Shown: positions 9,652-20,272, counted from the first letter of the stretch. The stretch: DNA of 64,000 nt from Promethearchaeota archaeon (GCA_048937405.1 JBHLNF010000001.1:448001-512000), one strand, 5' to 3'. Program-made: numbers and translations. Notes: generated from the letters alone by a model not told the origin.

Positions 9652-10632
9652 ATGGAACTTATTATTTTAGGTAGTGCAGCAGCAACACCTATTAAAGAAC
9701 GAAATCTCTCTAGTATTGCTTTAAGATATAAAAATCAAATTTTTATTTTTGATTGTGGAGAAGATTTCCAACGTAAGTTTGCCGAAGCAGGTTTGAAGTT
9801 TAATAAACCTTTAATAATTTTTATATCTCATTTTCATGGAGATCATATTATTGGACTTCCTGGATTTTTATTTCGTTTGAGTTTAAATGGCAGAACTGCT
9901 CCAATGATGATATTTGGTCCCCGAAATCTTTTTCTTTATTTATTTCTTCACAAAAAGATTCTTGGATTAAAAGCTAATTATTCTTTAAAAATCATAGAAA
10001 TCGATCACATATCTCAAGAATTGATAGAATATGAAGGATTAGATTCTGAAATACCAACTAAGAAAACTAAGTTGAATAATAATACTATATTTGATTCTAA
10101 AAATTTTTCAATTAAATATGCGTTAGTAGAGCATTCTGTTGTCACCTTTGCATATTCTTTTATTGAAAAGCCAAGATATGGGAAATTTAACCCTGACTAT
10201 GCTAGAGACTTAGGTATTCCTGAGAGTAACCTTTGGAAAAAATTGCAGGAAGGACAAATAATTAACTTTAGGGGAAAAATTATCAATCCTGTTAAACAGG
10301 GAATAGTTGGTCCAAAAAGACCTGGAAGAAAAATAACATATTCAGGAGATTTAGCCCCAAGTGATTCATTAATTGAATTAGGAAGAAATTCTGATATATT
10401 GATCCATGAAGCTACATTTTCAAAAGAGTTAGCCAAAATAGCTAAAGAAAAACAACATTCCACCTCTATTGATGCAGCAAATGAAGCAAAAAAGATGAAT
10501 GCTAAACAATTAATTTTAACCCATATTTCAGCAAGATATCAATCAGATGCATTAATTTTACTAAAAGAAGCTAAAGAAATATTTCCAAATACAATTCTAG
10601 CTGAAGATTTACTTAAAATTGAATTAAAATAA
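9652..10632 (+). CDS. rnz: Ribonuclease Z
   Basis: FDCGE, SHFHGDHIIG, exosite GP loop, HEATF, HST, LTHISARY. Confidence 0.95.
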   Translation: MELIILGSAAATPIKERNLSSIALRYKNQIFIFDCGEDFQRKFAEAGLKFNKPLIIFISHFHGDHIIGLPGFLFRLSLNGRTAPMMIFGPRNLFLYLFLHKKILGLKANYSLKIIEIDHISQELIEYEGLDSEIPTKKTKLNNNTIFDSKNFSIKYALVEHSVVTFAYSFIEKPRYGKFNPDYARDLGIPESNLWKKLQEGQIINFRGKIINPVKQGIVGPKRPGRKITYSGDLAPSDSLIELGRNSDILIHEATFSKELAKIAKEKQHSTSIDAANEAKKMNAKQLILTHISARYQSDALILLKEAKEIFPNTILAEDLLKIELK

Positions 10633-10695
10633 CATTTAATTCTGTAATTAAATTAATAAAAAAAGAGAAAATCAAATAAAAATTTTAATTTCTAA

Positions 10696-10905
10696 TTATT
10701 TTCCGCCTGCAATATGAGGTAGGATAATAATCTCGTCCTCTTTCCCAATTTTCGTTTCTGGGGTTGCTTTCTTTCCATTCACGAGTATCCCGAAGAACTT
10801 ATCCTCTAAGTTAAGTTCTTGTAATAGATCAGCAACAGTCATTGTTTTTTCAGGGCTAAATGTTTCATATAATCCGGTATCTAACAATTCTGAAACTTGT
10901 TTAAT
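10696..10905 (-). CDS. MoaD/ThiS/SAMP ubiquitin-like protein ending GGK
   Basis: TVADLL, VNG, ILPHIAGGK. Frame is open upstream of TTG 10887 to ATT 10905/ATA 10908, just after GGTGA. Confidence 0.85.
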   Translation of the reverse strand: MKQVSELLDTGLYETFSPEKTMTVADLLQELNLEDKFFGILVNGKKATPETKIGKEDEIIILPHIAGGK

Positions 10906-11167
10906 TATAGATCACCTACTATTTTTTAATTATTTATAATATAATCTTTATTATATTTAATGTTATTTCTTTAGATTTAATCGTTAATGAAAATTATGAG
11001 TTATTTTTTTTGAATAATATCTTAAACATTTTTTGTTTATTCAGTGTTAAACTTTCTTTATTTTAAATTTTACCCTATAATTTTTTGATTATAATTAAAA
11101 TCCAATTTTTTTTATTTTTATATTAATTTCTATATTTAGGCTGTAGTTATTTAGAGGAGATAAAAAA

Positions 11168-12820
11168 ATTATTGATGAAGAAGATTTCATTGATTACTCA
11201 GAATTTTTAGATAAAATAAGAACAACCGAATTTAGGATAAAACAAATAACAGATCCTATCGAGAAAGAAAAAGCAATAAAAGAGATGCTTTCTTATTCTC
11301 TAAATTTTGCTGACAATATCACACAATCTGGAGAATATTTTGAAGCAGGAGAATTTCTTTTCTCGGTTGCTGAAATTTTTGAAGGAATAGATTTCTTAAA
11401 AGCTATTGACATATATTATCACATAATTGATATATATAAAAAATTAATTGTTGATCTTAAACTACAAGGAAAACTACATGAGATTGCTGAGTTATATTTA
11501 CGAATTGCTGAAATTTATAACGAAAAAATAGGAGATTTAGAATCTGAAAAAAAAAATATCTTAAATAGTATAAAACTTTTAAAACAAGAAAGTGAACTTT
11601 TAAAGGAATTTAATGAAACTCGGAAGCTGGCTCAAAATTATCAAAATATTGCAGAATTATTTCTGAAATTGTCAGATTTCAAGAATGCAATAAAATTTTC
11701 TGAAAAGGTCATCCAAATTTCAAAAATTCAAAATTATTATGATATGATATCCTTTTCTTACCAACAAATTGCTTCTTGTTATGCAGAACTCGAGGATTAT
11801 AATAAATCACAAGATATTTTATTAGATGGGATTGAATACTTTTCAAATATAATAACTAACCTTGAAGAAATAAATGATAACTCAACATTAGCCCAAATTT
11901 ATCAGATTTTAAAAAAATTTTATAAACTCTTGGATGAAAGGGATCAGTATATAAATTATTCAAAAAAAGAAGCTGGAGCTTACATTGATTTAGCAGAGTC
12001 ATTAGAAAAGAAACAAGAAAATTTTCATAAAATTGCACGTTACTACCGAGGCGCTGGATTATGTTACCTCGATATTAAGAATAATCTGATTGAATGTGCA
12101 TCATGTTTTTTATTAGCCGGTAATTTTTATGAAAGAATTGAAGATTTTAACCAAGCGGCTATAAATTTTTTCGATGGGGCTAATGTTTTTAAAGAAATGG
12201 ATAATTTTGAAATGGCTTACAAACACTATGTAAAAGCAGGAGATAATTTTTGGAAGATAGCAAGTATCAACGAATCTACAGAAAGTTACTTAGAAGCTTA
12301 TGATGTTGCTATTGAGGGTGAATTAGAATTTAATAGATTCGGTATTTTTAACCAAATTATTAGAGGATTGAATAAAATTGCTGAAGAAGGTTTAAAAAAT
12401 AAGCAGTTTTTTACGGCTGCTACGCTTATTTTGGAAAGTATAAAATTCTATGAACAACTTGATGATGCAAAAGATTTTCTTTTAAAAGAAATGGTAAATA
12501 ATTTGTATCGTTATTATTACAGAGCAGCTAACCTGAAAAAGGTTGGTTTTTCACATATTGTTCAAAGTTATGTTCTTGCTTCTATCTCATGCCTATTAAA
12601 TGGGAAATTGGATAAAGCATGGGAAATTATTTCTGAAATTGATTCTGATGGTTATACAGTGAGAAAATATAAAGAACTGATAAAAATAATGATCAATCAT
12701 GTTTCCAATGGAAAAGAAGTAGATATAGAAATTTTTCCATATAATTTGAGAAGGCTTATTGAAAGCTCTACAGATATAACTTATCTTTTGAAATTATTTA
12801 AAGGATTTAAAATAAAATGA
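11168..12820 (+). CDS. TPR/alpha-SNAP-like helical repeat protein
   Basis: Repeats such as AASCFLLAGNFYE, AAINFFDGANVF, AYKHYVKAGDNF. ORF-track ATG is at 11285, but the frame is open to ATT 11168, 8 nt after GAGGAG. Confidence 0.75.
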   Translation: MIDEEDFIDYSEFLDKIRTTEFRIKQITDPIEKEKAIKEMLSYSLNFADNITQSGEYFEAGEFLFSVAEIFEGIDFLKAIDIYYHIIDIYKKLIVDLKLQGKLHEIAELYLRIAEIYNEKIGDLESEKKNILNSIKLLKQESELLKEFNETRKLAQNYQNIAELFLKLSDFKNAIKFSEKVIQISKIQNYYDMISFSYQQIASCYAELEDYNKSQDILLDGIEYFSNIITNLEEINDNSTLAQIYQILKKFYKLLDERDQYINYSKKEAGAYIDLAESLEKKQENFHKIARYYRGAGLCYLDIKNNLIECASCFLLAGNFYERIEDFNQAAINFFDGANVFKEMDNFEMAYKHYVKAGDNFWKIASINESTESYLEAYDVAIEGELEFNRFGIFNQIIRGLNKIAEEGLKNKQFFTAATLILESIKFYEQLDDAKDFLLKEMVNNLYRYYYRAANLKKVGFSHIVQSYVLASISCLLNGKLDKAWEIISEIDSDGYTVRKYKELIKIMINHVSNGKEVDIEIFPYNLRRLIESSTDITYLLKLFKGFKIK

Positions 12821-12939
12821 ATCCACATTCTTGTATATCCTCTATTTAAATAACATAATTTTCATTAATATTCGCAAAAAACTTTATAAAATCTTATATT
12901 TTTTATTTTTTACATTTTAGTGATTCTAGTTTTTGAAAA

Positions 12940-13608
12940 ATGAATGAAAAGAAAAATAAAGAAATTATTTTAAGCTTTGATTTAGATAACACCTTAATTA
13001 ATAATAGGGATGGAATTATAGCTTCATTTAATTATGCCTTAAATAAGTTTAATCTACCCAAATTAGACAAATCAAAAATAGAACATATGATTGGAATTCC
13101 TTTAGATGACATGTTTGCTAAGTTTTTGACCCAAGATCCTTCAACTTTATCTTCTGCTTTTAGAGAATATTATGGAAAGAAAGGGATTTATCAAGCAATA
13201 CCATTACCTGGAATTAAATCTAAATTAGAAGAATTAAAGAGTTTAAATTTTACTTTAGGAATAATAACTTCTAAGAAGCAAGAATTGGCTAAAAAATTAG
13301 TAGAAATTCTTCAAATAAAGGATTATTTTGATTATATTATAGGTGAAACGGAAGACACAAAGAAATTAGGTAAACTTGATCCAAAATTAATAAAAATTCT
13401 GAAAAATAAATATCCCCATCAAAGAATTATTGTTATTGGTGATCATCCTAAAGACGTTTTGCTTTCTAATAATTTAAACTGTCCATTTATTGGAGTATTA
13501 ACCGGAAACCATTCTGCTAATCAATTGAAGGAATTAAAGAAAGGAAATTTAAAAATAATAAATTCAGCTAGTGAAATATCAATTGATTTAATATATTCAT
13601 TAATCTGA
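12940..13608 (+). CDS. HAD-superfamily phosphatase (Gph-like)
   Basis: FDLDNTL, ITSK, VIGDHPKD. Confidence 0.88.
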   Translation: MNEKKNKEIILSFDLDNTLINNRDGIIASFNYALNKFNLPKLDKSKIEHMIGIPLDDMFAKFLTQDPSTLSSAFREYYGKKGIYQAIPLPGIKSKLEELKSLNFTLGIITSKKQELAKKLVEILQIKDYFDYIIGETEDTKKLGKLDPKLIKILKNKYPHQRIIVIGDHPKDVLLSNNLNCPFIGVLTGNHSANQLKELKKGNLKIINSASEISIDLIYSLI

Positions 13609-13668
13609 AAAGAAAAAGTCTTTATGATTAATGAAAGAAGAGAAAAAAATTAAAAAAATTAAACAGTC

Positions 13669-15126
13669 TTAATCTTTTGACCAAGATTCATATTCTTTCA
13701 TGAATTCTTCAGGGTTCCATTGTTTTTCCATGAATTTTGGTATACCACTTGAGTCTCTAGGTCCCACAACTACGAACGAATCCGCTTCATCTTCTAAGGC
13801 ACCACTCAAACGAGCTGCCATGCCTGGAATAACAAGAATTCTATGTTTTACTTTATCAAATGCTCCAAATTCTTTAACAGCCTCAGCAATACTACCAGCA
13901 TTAAATTGACCTCCTGCAACGGCGCTTTCGATTCCGATACCCTCAGAATCTACTACTAAAAGCCAGCAATTTATATTTCCTCCTTGTAAATCTTGTTCAA
14001 CTGGGATTTTAGTCATCCTATAATTACTGGTGACGAAGATTGGAGCCATATCATCAGGTTCTCCAACCTTATAGAGGCCAGCATCAACAGCAGGATAAAT
14101 TCTAGGATCTGAAAATACACTTTGTCTTAATGTCATTAATGCTAAAAGAGCCCAAATTTCATCTTTCTTTTGACCTGTATGTAGAATGATAAGATTTGTA
14201 TCTATTGATTCCATTATTGCTCCCATTATCACTTCTTGAAATTGATGTTCCCAGAGATCTTTATCCTTTCCTATTTTTACTTGATTCCAATAAGCTGCGG
14301 GAACACCCATAACTGGCCAGCAGGCATTTACATCTTCTTTATCTATTGCTGCCGTTCTTAGTTGCATAATATTATCATAGGTGATGGAAAGATTACCTGG
14401 TCCAAAATAGGTTCCTGAATCTAAAACAATTTCTTTTACACCAAACTTCTGTAAGGTCGCACTTAAAGACATCAATTCATTTAAATTACTTGAAGTAATG
14501 ACAACAGGTAAGATATTTTCTATTGCAAACTTTCCTATTTGTTCCCATGTATCTTTTGTTACAGCGTAAAGCAAAGGCTTTTTATCTTTGATTTCTTCAG
14601 CAGCAGCTAATAAATTCTCAGCATTAAAGCTACACAACATAATTGGAAGATTTGAGAGTTCTGTTAACCTTTTAGCAGCTAATTTAAATTGTTCTTTATC
14701 TCCAGATACATTTCTTAAAGTAATTCCATCTAGCGTAAGGACATCTCCAATCCTTTCTATTTTAAGCTCTGAAAGGTATTTGATAATATCTTCTAAATCT
14801 GTGTCATCATCTGCTATTTCAATAAATATAGCTGTTTGATTATAGAATGTTAATTGATGTCTCATTAAAATTTCTTCACCTCCGATTGTAACTGCTTTAT
14901 CTCCTGTACCAATAGTTACAGGTTTTTGAGGAGGAGTTAAAAGCTTAATGAGTTTCTCTCGATTTTTTGATTGTTTTGGCTCTTGCATTAAATGACTGCA
15001 ATCTTGAACTTTAACCTTTCTTTCCAATGTATCTGTCGCAAATGCCATACATGTATCATAACCGCAATCTTTACAATTTGACTTATCCAAAAGGGCATAA
15101 ACGTCTAACGGACTTGGTCTAGCCAT
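13669..15126 (-). CDS. cdhE: Acetyl-CoA decarbonylase/synthase gamma subunit (corrinoid Fe-S protein large subunit)
   Basis: NCKDCGYDTCMAFA, IGGEEILMRH, FSDPR, VTSNY, IPGMAARLSG, VGPRDSS. Confidence 0.92.
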   Translation of the reverse strand: MARPSPLDVYALLDKSNCKDCGYDTCMAFATDTLERKVKVQDCSHLMQEPKQSKNREKLIKLLTPPQKPVTIGTGDKAVTIGGEEILMRHQLTFYNQTAIFIEIADDDTDLEDIIKYLSELKIERIGDVLTLDGITLRNVSGDKEQFKLAAKRLTELSNLPIMLCSFNAENLLAAAEEIKDKKPLLYAVTKDTWEQIGKFAIENILPVVITSSNLNELMSLSATLQKFGVKEIVLDSGTYFGPGNLSITYDNIMQLRTAAIDKEDVNACWPVMGVPAAYWNQVKIGKDKDLWEHQFQEVIMGAIMESIDTNLIILHTGQKKDEIWALLALMTLRQSVFSDPRIYPAVDAGLYKVGEPDDMAPIFVTSNYRMTKIPVEQDLQGGNINCWLLVVDSEGIGIESAVAGGQFNAGSIAEAVKEFGAFDKVKHRILVIPGMAARLSGALEDEADSFVVVGPRDSSGIPKFMEKQWNPEEFMKEYESWSKD

Positions 15127-15688
15127 TTTAATTTCTCCAAATTCTTTTTAATCTATTGAAAATAATCAATAAGTATGTGTAGTCTAATTGTAAATTGAAT
15201 TAAAAACTTGGTTTTTTCAAAATAATTATATATTTAACTCTTTTTATCTGGATTTTATCCTTAAAATTAATCTTGCAATAATTTTAAAATAAATAATGTT
15301 TTTGCCATCCTTCTTTTTTTTGTAAATTAGAAAAGATTTAGTCGTTGGTTTTATTCTTTAATTTATTTATTCATTATTATATTCCGCATAATCAGCGATA
15401 AATCTAAAATGTAGTTCAAATCCACACTCACTTACGCTTAATTTTATCTTTCATCAAAATACCATTATAAAAGTCAGAGAATAAATTCAAACACCTAAAA
15501 TGATACAATTGATTAAATTATAGGAATACATACATAGGATTTTAAAAAGAATAATTCCAAATTATTTTTTAAAGCTTAGATTAAGAACTTTCAGAATAAT
15601 AGCATAAATAAACTTACAATATATTACTTTAAATATTATTTGAACCAAAATGAAATCATTTTAATTCATAAATAACATCTAAACAAAT

Positions 15689-16024
15689 CTAATCTCCTAA
15701 ATTTTTCGAAATTCTTTGTAAATATAGTTTCATAAACAATCTTTGTTTATTACAATAATTGTATTTCTGCTTTTGAGTTAGATCAGAAGAATTTTTTAAA
15801 ATATAATGTATCTTTTTTATAGTTCTAAAATGATTTTCCGCATTCCATCCAATATTTCGTCCTTCTTCAAGAAAAAAATCTTTTTTTAAATCTTTAATGA
15901 TTAAATTGGAATTAAACCTAATACTTTTATGTAAAGAAAAATCACTAAATATAGCAGATTCATTAAAAAATAAATTACTTTGAACATTCTTAAAAAAATT
16001 TCCTTCTATTTTTCCAGAACTCAT
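15689..16024 (-). CDS. Hypothetical protein
   Basis: 111-aa ORF in otherwise non-coding AT-rich DNA; no recognised motif. Confidence 0.4.
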   Translation of the reverse strand: MSSGKIEGNFFKNVQSNLFFNESAIFSDFSLHKSIRFNSNLIIKDLKKDFFLEEGRNIGWNAENHFRTIKKIHYILKNSSDLTQKQKYNYCNKQRLFMKLYLQRISKNLGD

Positions 16025-16165
16025 CCTTTTAGAGTCTAATGTATTAAATATTACTAATACTATTATTTTACTTATATTAATTTCAGAGTGGGATTTATAT
16101 TAATCAGTTAATATAATTGAAATAAGATTAAAATGATTTTTTGGAACATACACTATTAAAAAGAG

Positions 16166-16258
16166 GGGATAAGGATAACAAAATTTAAATTTTCTATAAA
16201 AAAGAGATAATTAAAGGCGAAATCCAATGTAAGATTGAAAATTTTGTTTCCTATCCCT
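16166..16258 (-). ncRNA. Candidate small structured RNA (long terminal stem)
   Basis: GGGATAAGGATAACAAAATTT (16166-16186) is complementary to AAATTTTGTTTCCTATCCC (16239-16257). On the minus strand, TTATATTT lies 24 nt upstream and a T-tract downstream. Confidence 0.35.
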
Positions 16259-16400
16259 ATTTAAATCTAAATTAAAATATTAAAATATAACGAAAATTAA
16301 TCAGAAAAGTAGCATAATTAAGATTTTTCTAATTATTTAAATTCTCTCATATTAATTGAAAAAATTTAAAAAAAAGAAATTTTAAAATGAATCTAATAAA

Positions 16401-16928
16401 TTAGTAATATTCTATTTTAGAAATGAGTAATGCGAAGAAACCATAGAAGATTATATTTACTAAACAACTTATAATTGAATAAATTAGAAGAATATCAAAT
16501 GAACTCCAATCATATAAATCCGATATTGTACTTTCCAAAGTTGCGCTTATAGAAGCCCCAATTATCACTAGAGTTACACTAATTACTGATGTAAGAACCC
16601 AACCTCCAATGCATTGACCTTTACTCTCTCCGAATCGTCCTGCTAGAATTGCTGCTATTAATAAAGCTGTTAAAAAACCTATTCCTAATAGAAAGGAGGA
16701 TAATTCAAAACTTATTAAAATTGGTTCGGCTATTGTTAAAATCAAAATCATAGAAGGTGTTGAGATAATTGAACCAAATAAATAATAGAGAATCATTAGA
16801 GGATAATTTTCAATTGTGCTAAATAACACATCAAATCCATCTCCTATAGCATAATTAATTATTGTAAAAATAAAATTTAATCCAACAAATGCGGTTAAAC
16901 TCAATAAAAATGCTTTTCCAAACCCCAT
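16401..16928 (-). CDS. Membrane protein (4-5 TM), unknown function
   Basis: Hydrophobic helices; GGAG SD upstream. Confidence 0.75.
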   Translation of the reverse strand: MGFGKAFLLSLTAFVGLNFIFTIINYAIGDGFDVLFSTIENYPLMILYYLFGSIISTPSMILILTIAEPILISFELSSFLLGIGFLTALLIAAILAGRFGESKGQCIGGWVLTSVISVTLVIIGASISATLESTISDLYDWSSFDILLIYSIISCLVNIIFYGFFALLISKIEYY

Positions 16929-17134
16929 ACTACTCTGACTCCTTTTTTATGCCAAAAATTATATCTTATTATCTACAAGGAAGAATAAGATTTTAAACTT
17001 TAGGATGAAAAAAAAATAACAGTAATTAGACTTTCTATAGTAAGATTTTATTATAGAAGCTAATAAAATCTTAAAAATAACTGATTTTACCTCAAAATTT
17101 TAATAAGTCATGAAATCCTAAAAAGACTATAATA

Positions 17135-18163
17135 ATGAAAAGATTTAATGAAAGATTATCTCTTGGAAAGCTCAATCTCAAATATTTAGCCCAGCTACTT
17201 TCAAATATTGATATAAATGATAAAAGAGTAATAATGGGATCGAAAATTGGTGAAGATGCTGCAGTCATAGATATACCTGGGAAGAATTATTTAGTTACTA
17301 AAACAGATCCAATTACTTTTGCAACTGATGAGATTGGTTATTATGCAGTAATTGTGAATGTAAATGATCTTGTGTGTACAGGAGCTAGACCAAAGTGGTT
17401 TCAATCAACAATTTTATTACCAGAAGACTATACGACAAAAGAAATGATTGAAAGTATATTTAATGATATCCATAATACTTGTAAATCTATAGGAATAACG
17501 GTTGTTGGGGGTCATACAGAAATCACTCCAGGATTAGATAGACCAATTATAATTGGATCTTTAATAGGAGAAGTAGAAAAGAATAAACTTGTACTTAGTT
17601 CAGGTGCAGAACCAGGAGATGCACTTATTCTTACAAAAGGTATTTTTATTGAGGGTACATCTATTATAGGACGTGAAAAAGAAAATGAATTACTTCAGAA
17701 AGATTTCAGCCAGGATTTCATAGAAAAATGTAAATCTTATTTGTATAATCCTGGAATAAGTGTAGTTAAAGAGGCTTTTTTAGCAAATGATAATTTTGAA
17801 ATAAAAGCAATGCATGATCCTACAGAGGGAGGATTAGCTACAGGAATTGCTGAAATGACTGTTGCTTCTAAAACAGGGGTATTAATTGAAATAGATAAAA
17901 TAAAAATATTGCCTGAACCTCTAAAACTAAGTAAAACTTTTAATTTAAATCCATTAGGTACAATCTCTTCAGGTTCTTTGTTAATTGCGATTGATAATGA
18001 TTATAGTATAGAATTATTAGATTTATTAAATAAAAATAAGATAAATGCAGAAAAAATAGGAGTTTTTACCTCTATGAAGTATGGTTTGAAAATTAAAGAA
18101 AAAAATGGAAGATTATCTGATTTAAAATACTCTGAGAAAGACGAAATAACCAAAATTATATAA
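17135..18163 (+). CDS. AIR synthase-related (PurM/HypE/ThiL superfamily) protein
   Basis: GEDAAV, KTDPIT, VNDL, GGHTEIT, MHDPTEGGL. Confidence 0.88.
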   Translation: MKRFNERLSLGKLNLKYLAQLLSNIDINDKRVIMGSKIGEDAAVIDIPGKNYLVTKTDPITFATDEIGYYAVIVNVNDLVCTGARPKWFQSTILLPEDYTTKEMIESIFNDIHNTCKSIGITVVGGHTEITPGLDRPIIIGSLIGEVEKNKLVLSSGAEPGDALILTKGIFIEGTSIIGREKENELLQKDFSQDFIEKCKSYLYNPGISVVKEAFLANDNFEIKAMHDPTEGGLATGIAEMTVASKTGVLIEIDKIKILPEPLKLSKTFNLNPLGTISSGSLLIAIDNDYSIELLDLLNKNKINAEKIGVFTSMKYGLKIKEKNGRLSDLKYSEKDEITKII

Positions 18164-18325
18164 TTATATGAAAATAAAATGAAATGATCTTCAAACTTTA
18201 CCGATTATACAATTTTATTCCTTTTTAACTAAAATTTTTATTTTTAAAATTTATGTTATTATATATATAGCATTTAATTCTTAGGGTTGTTTAATACTGA
18301 TTAGGAAAATAAACGGATTAAATAT

Positions 18326-20257
18326 TTGATCAAGGTGACTTATAAAGAACTAGATTATTTTGCTCAAAATCTTCGAGAAGGGGCTAATAAGCTGGATTTT
18401 AGTATTAAAAATGTTAATAAAGGCTTATTTGAAGTTTTGAAAAATCAAAGTATTAAATTCGGAGAATTTAAAGACAAAATCAAATTAAAATGGGAAGAAT
18501 TTGAGGAAAAAAATAAGAAAAGAGTAATAAAAAAAGAATTCCCCTCGTTTTTTTATGAAAATTTTCATGAATTATTCAACTACTTCATGGAAGAGTTTTT
18601 TGGATTTAAAAAGAATTCCTTAAATTTGGATAGTAAAGAAAAAATTTCTGAAGAAATAATATTTTTTGAATATAATCTTCTTCTAAATTTGAATGAAGAG
18701 GAAAAGATTCTTGAAAAATCCAGTAAATTTAAATTTGAGGCTTTTTATGGATTCTCAATTATTACTGGTTATTTATATTTTCTCGTTCGTCTTTTAGGAA
18801 TTATTATTAGAGAAACAATAAAACAACGTTTTTTAATATTGCTTGATGCAATTACCATCAAAACTAACAATGCACATAGAAACTTGAACTTTATGATAAC
18901 CATTAAAGATAGTAAAGATGAAATTTTTAATTACTATTATGATATGGTTCTATTCTATTTCTTAAGGCAAATAAAAGGTATTCCAGAAGAATATCTCGAT
19001 AAGCTACTTGAAGGAAGAGAAAAACTCTATCAAGTGGCTTTAGAACTATACCCCTCCTCCAAAGAAAAATTAGTAGATCTTCTTTATTATTTTTATAAAA
19101 AATGTAATTTACTAATGAGTTTCTCCCCTTTATTAGATTTCTTTAATTTTGTAGGAGCTAGAGTTGAAGATTCCATATTTTCTAAGCATGATATAATAAA
19201 AAAAGAATTTTTAGTTAACCTTGATTATACACCTGAAAAAAGAGAAGCTATTATTAGGTTTTTTGATTACATTGATAAAAAATCCACTTTATATTCTACT
19301 TTCCAAGCAAATAATCTCCCAACTGTAAAATCGCAATTAAATTTATTTCTATTATATATGAAGTATTACCTTGGGAGTGGACTAGAAGCTTTAGAAGTAG
19401 GAGATTTACTTTTTTTACCATCTGTTTTTAAAAAGACACTAAATAAATATAATAAAAAAGTAGATGATGTGATAGGAACACACTCTATAAGAAATATTAA
19501 AACATTTTTAAATTACCTCTCTACAGCATCAAATACTAAAAGCATTGATCTCTTTTTTTATAAAATTTTTAAAAAAAGTATTTCTCAATTAAATTATGGA
19601 TTTTTTAAAACCTTTCTAAAAAGTCTAAATTCGAATTTCTCTCAAAGAATAGATCAAGAAAATGAGACACTTTCTGAAGATTCTCAAAATGCCCCATTTA
19701 CTTTCAATGTTATTGTTGATCATATATGTAGAATTCTTTACATATTGATCGATAAAATCTTTATAAGAGCTACTCTAAGTGATGCTTCAATAAATTTTAT
19801 TGATCCTCGTAGTAGATATATTGGTAAAAATATCGCTCTAAGAGTTTTAGAATTATTTTTATTTCAAGATATAAACTACTCTGATGATGTATGGCCAGAT
19901 TATTTAATTAGTTTAAATAAAGAACAACTTATGATTCAAATGCAAAAATTTAACGTAAACATTCCTGAAAGGCAGTTTTATACCGTTGAAGAATTATTAC
20001 AAATCTCTATAACATATAATATTCATTCCTTCTCTGATCAATCCTTTTTTGAAGAATGGTTGATAACTGACATTATAATTCCATTAAATAATTTGATAAA
20101 AAAAATTCAAAATGAAGTTAAGGATATAACCAATGAAAAGGAAATTTATAAAGAGTTAAGTAATTTTTTACTCCAAGATATAAAGGATGAGAAAATTATT
20201 AAAAATCTTAAACTTTTAAGCAAAGATCTTGCCCCATTTTGGAAGAACATTGAATAA
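18326..20257 (+). CDS. Large hypothetical alpha-helical protein
   Basis: 643-aa ORF; no recognised motif. Confidence 0.75.
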   Translation: MIKVTYKELDYFAQNLREGANKLDFSIKNVNKGLFEVLKNQSIKFGEFKDKIKLKWEEFEEKNKKRVIKKEFPSFFYENFHELFNYFMEEFFGFKKNSLNLDSKEKISEEIIFFEYNLLLNLNEEEKILEKSSKFKFEAFYGFSIITGYLYFLVRLLGIIIRETIKQRFLILLDAITIKTNNAHRNLNFMITIKDSKDEIFNYYYDMVLFYFLRQIKGIPEEYLDKLLEGREKLYQVALELYPSSKEKLVDLLYYFYKKCNLLMSFSPLLDFFNFVGARVEDSIFSKHDIIKKEFLVNLDYTPEKREAIIRFFDYIDKKSTLYSTFQANNLPTVKSQLNLFLLYMKYYLGSGLEALEVGDLLFLPSVFKKTLNKYNKKVDDVIGTHSIRNIKTFLNYLSTASNTKSIDLFFYKIFKKSISQLNYGFFKTFLKSLNSNFSQRIDQENETLSEDSQNAPFTFNVIVDHICRILYILIDKIFIRATLSDASINFIDPRSRYIGKNIALRVLELFLFQDINYSDDVWPDYLISLNKEQLMIQMQKFNVNIPERQFYTVEELLQISITYNIHSFSDQSFFEEWLITDIIIPLNNLIKKIQNEVKDITNEKEIYKELSNFLLQDIKDEKIIKNLKLLSKDLAPFWKNIE

Positions 20258-20272
20258 TATTGATTCAATTTA

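Noticed and set aside
15300-15520. Slightly GC-richer patch upstream of cdhE as a gene relic or RNA
   Set aside because: Only short stop-interrupted frames and no convincing stems.
17135-18163. Selenophosphate synthetase SelD
   Set aside because: Same superfamily, but no N-terminal Cys/Sec-x-x-K motif.
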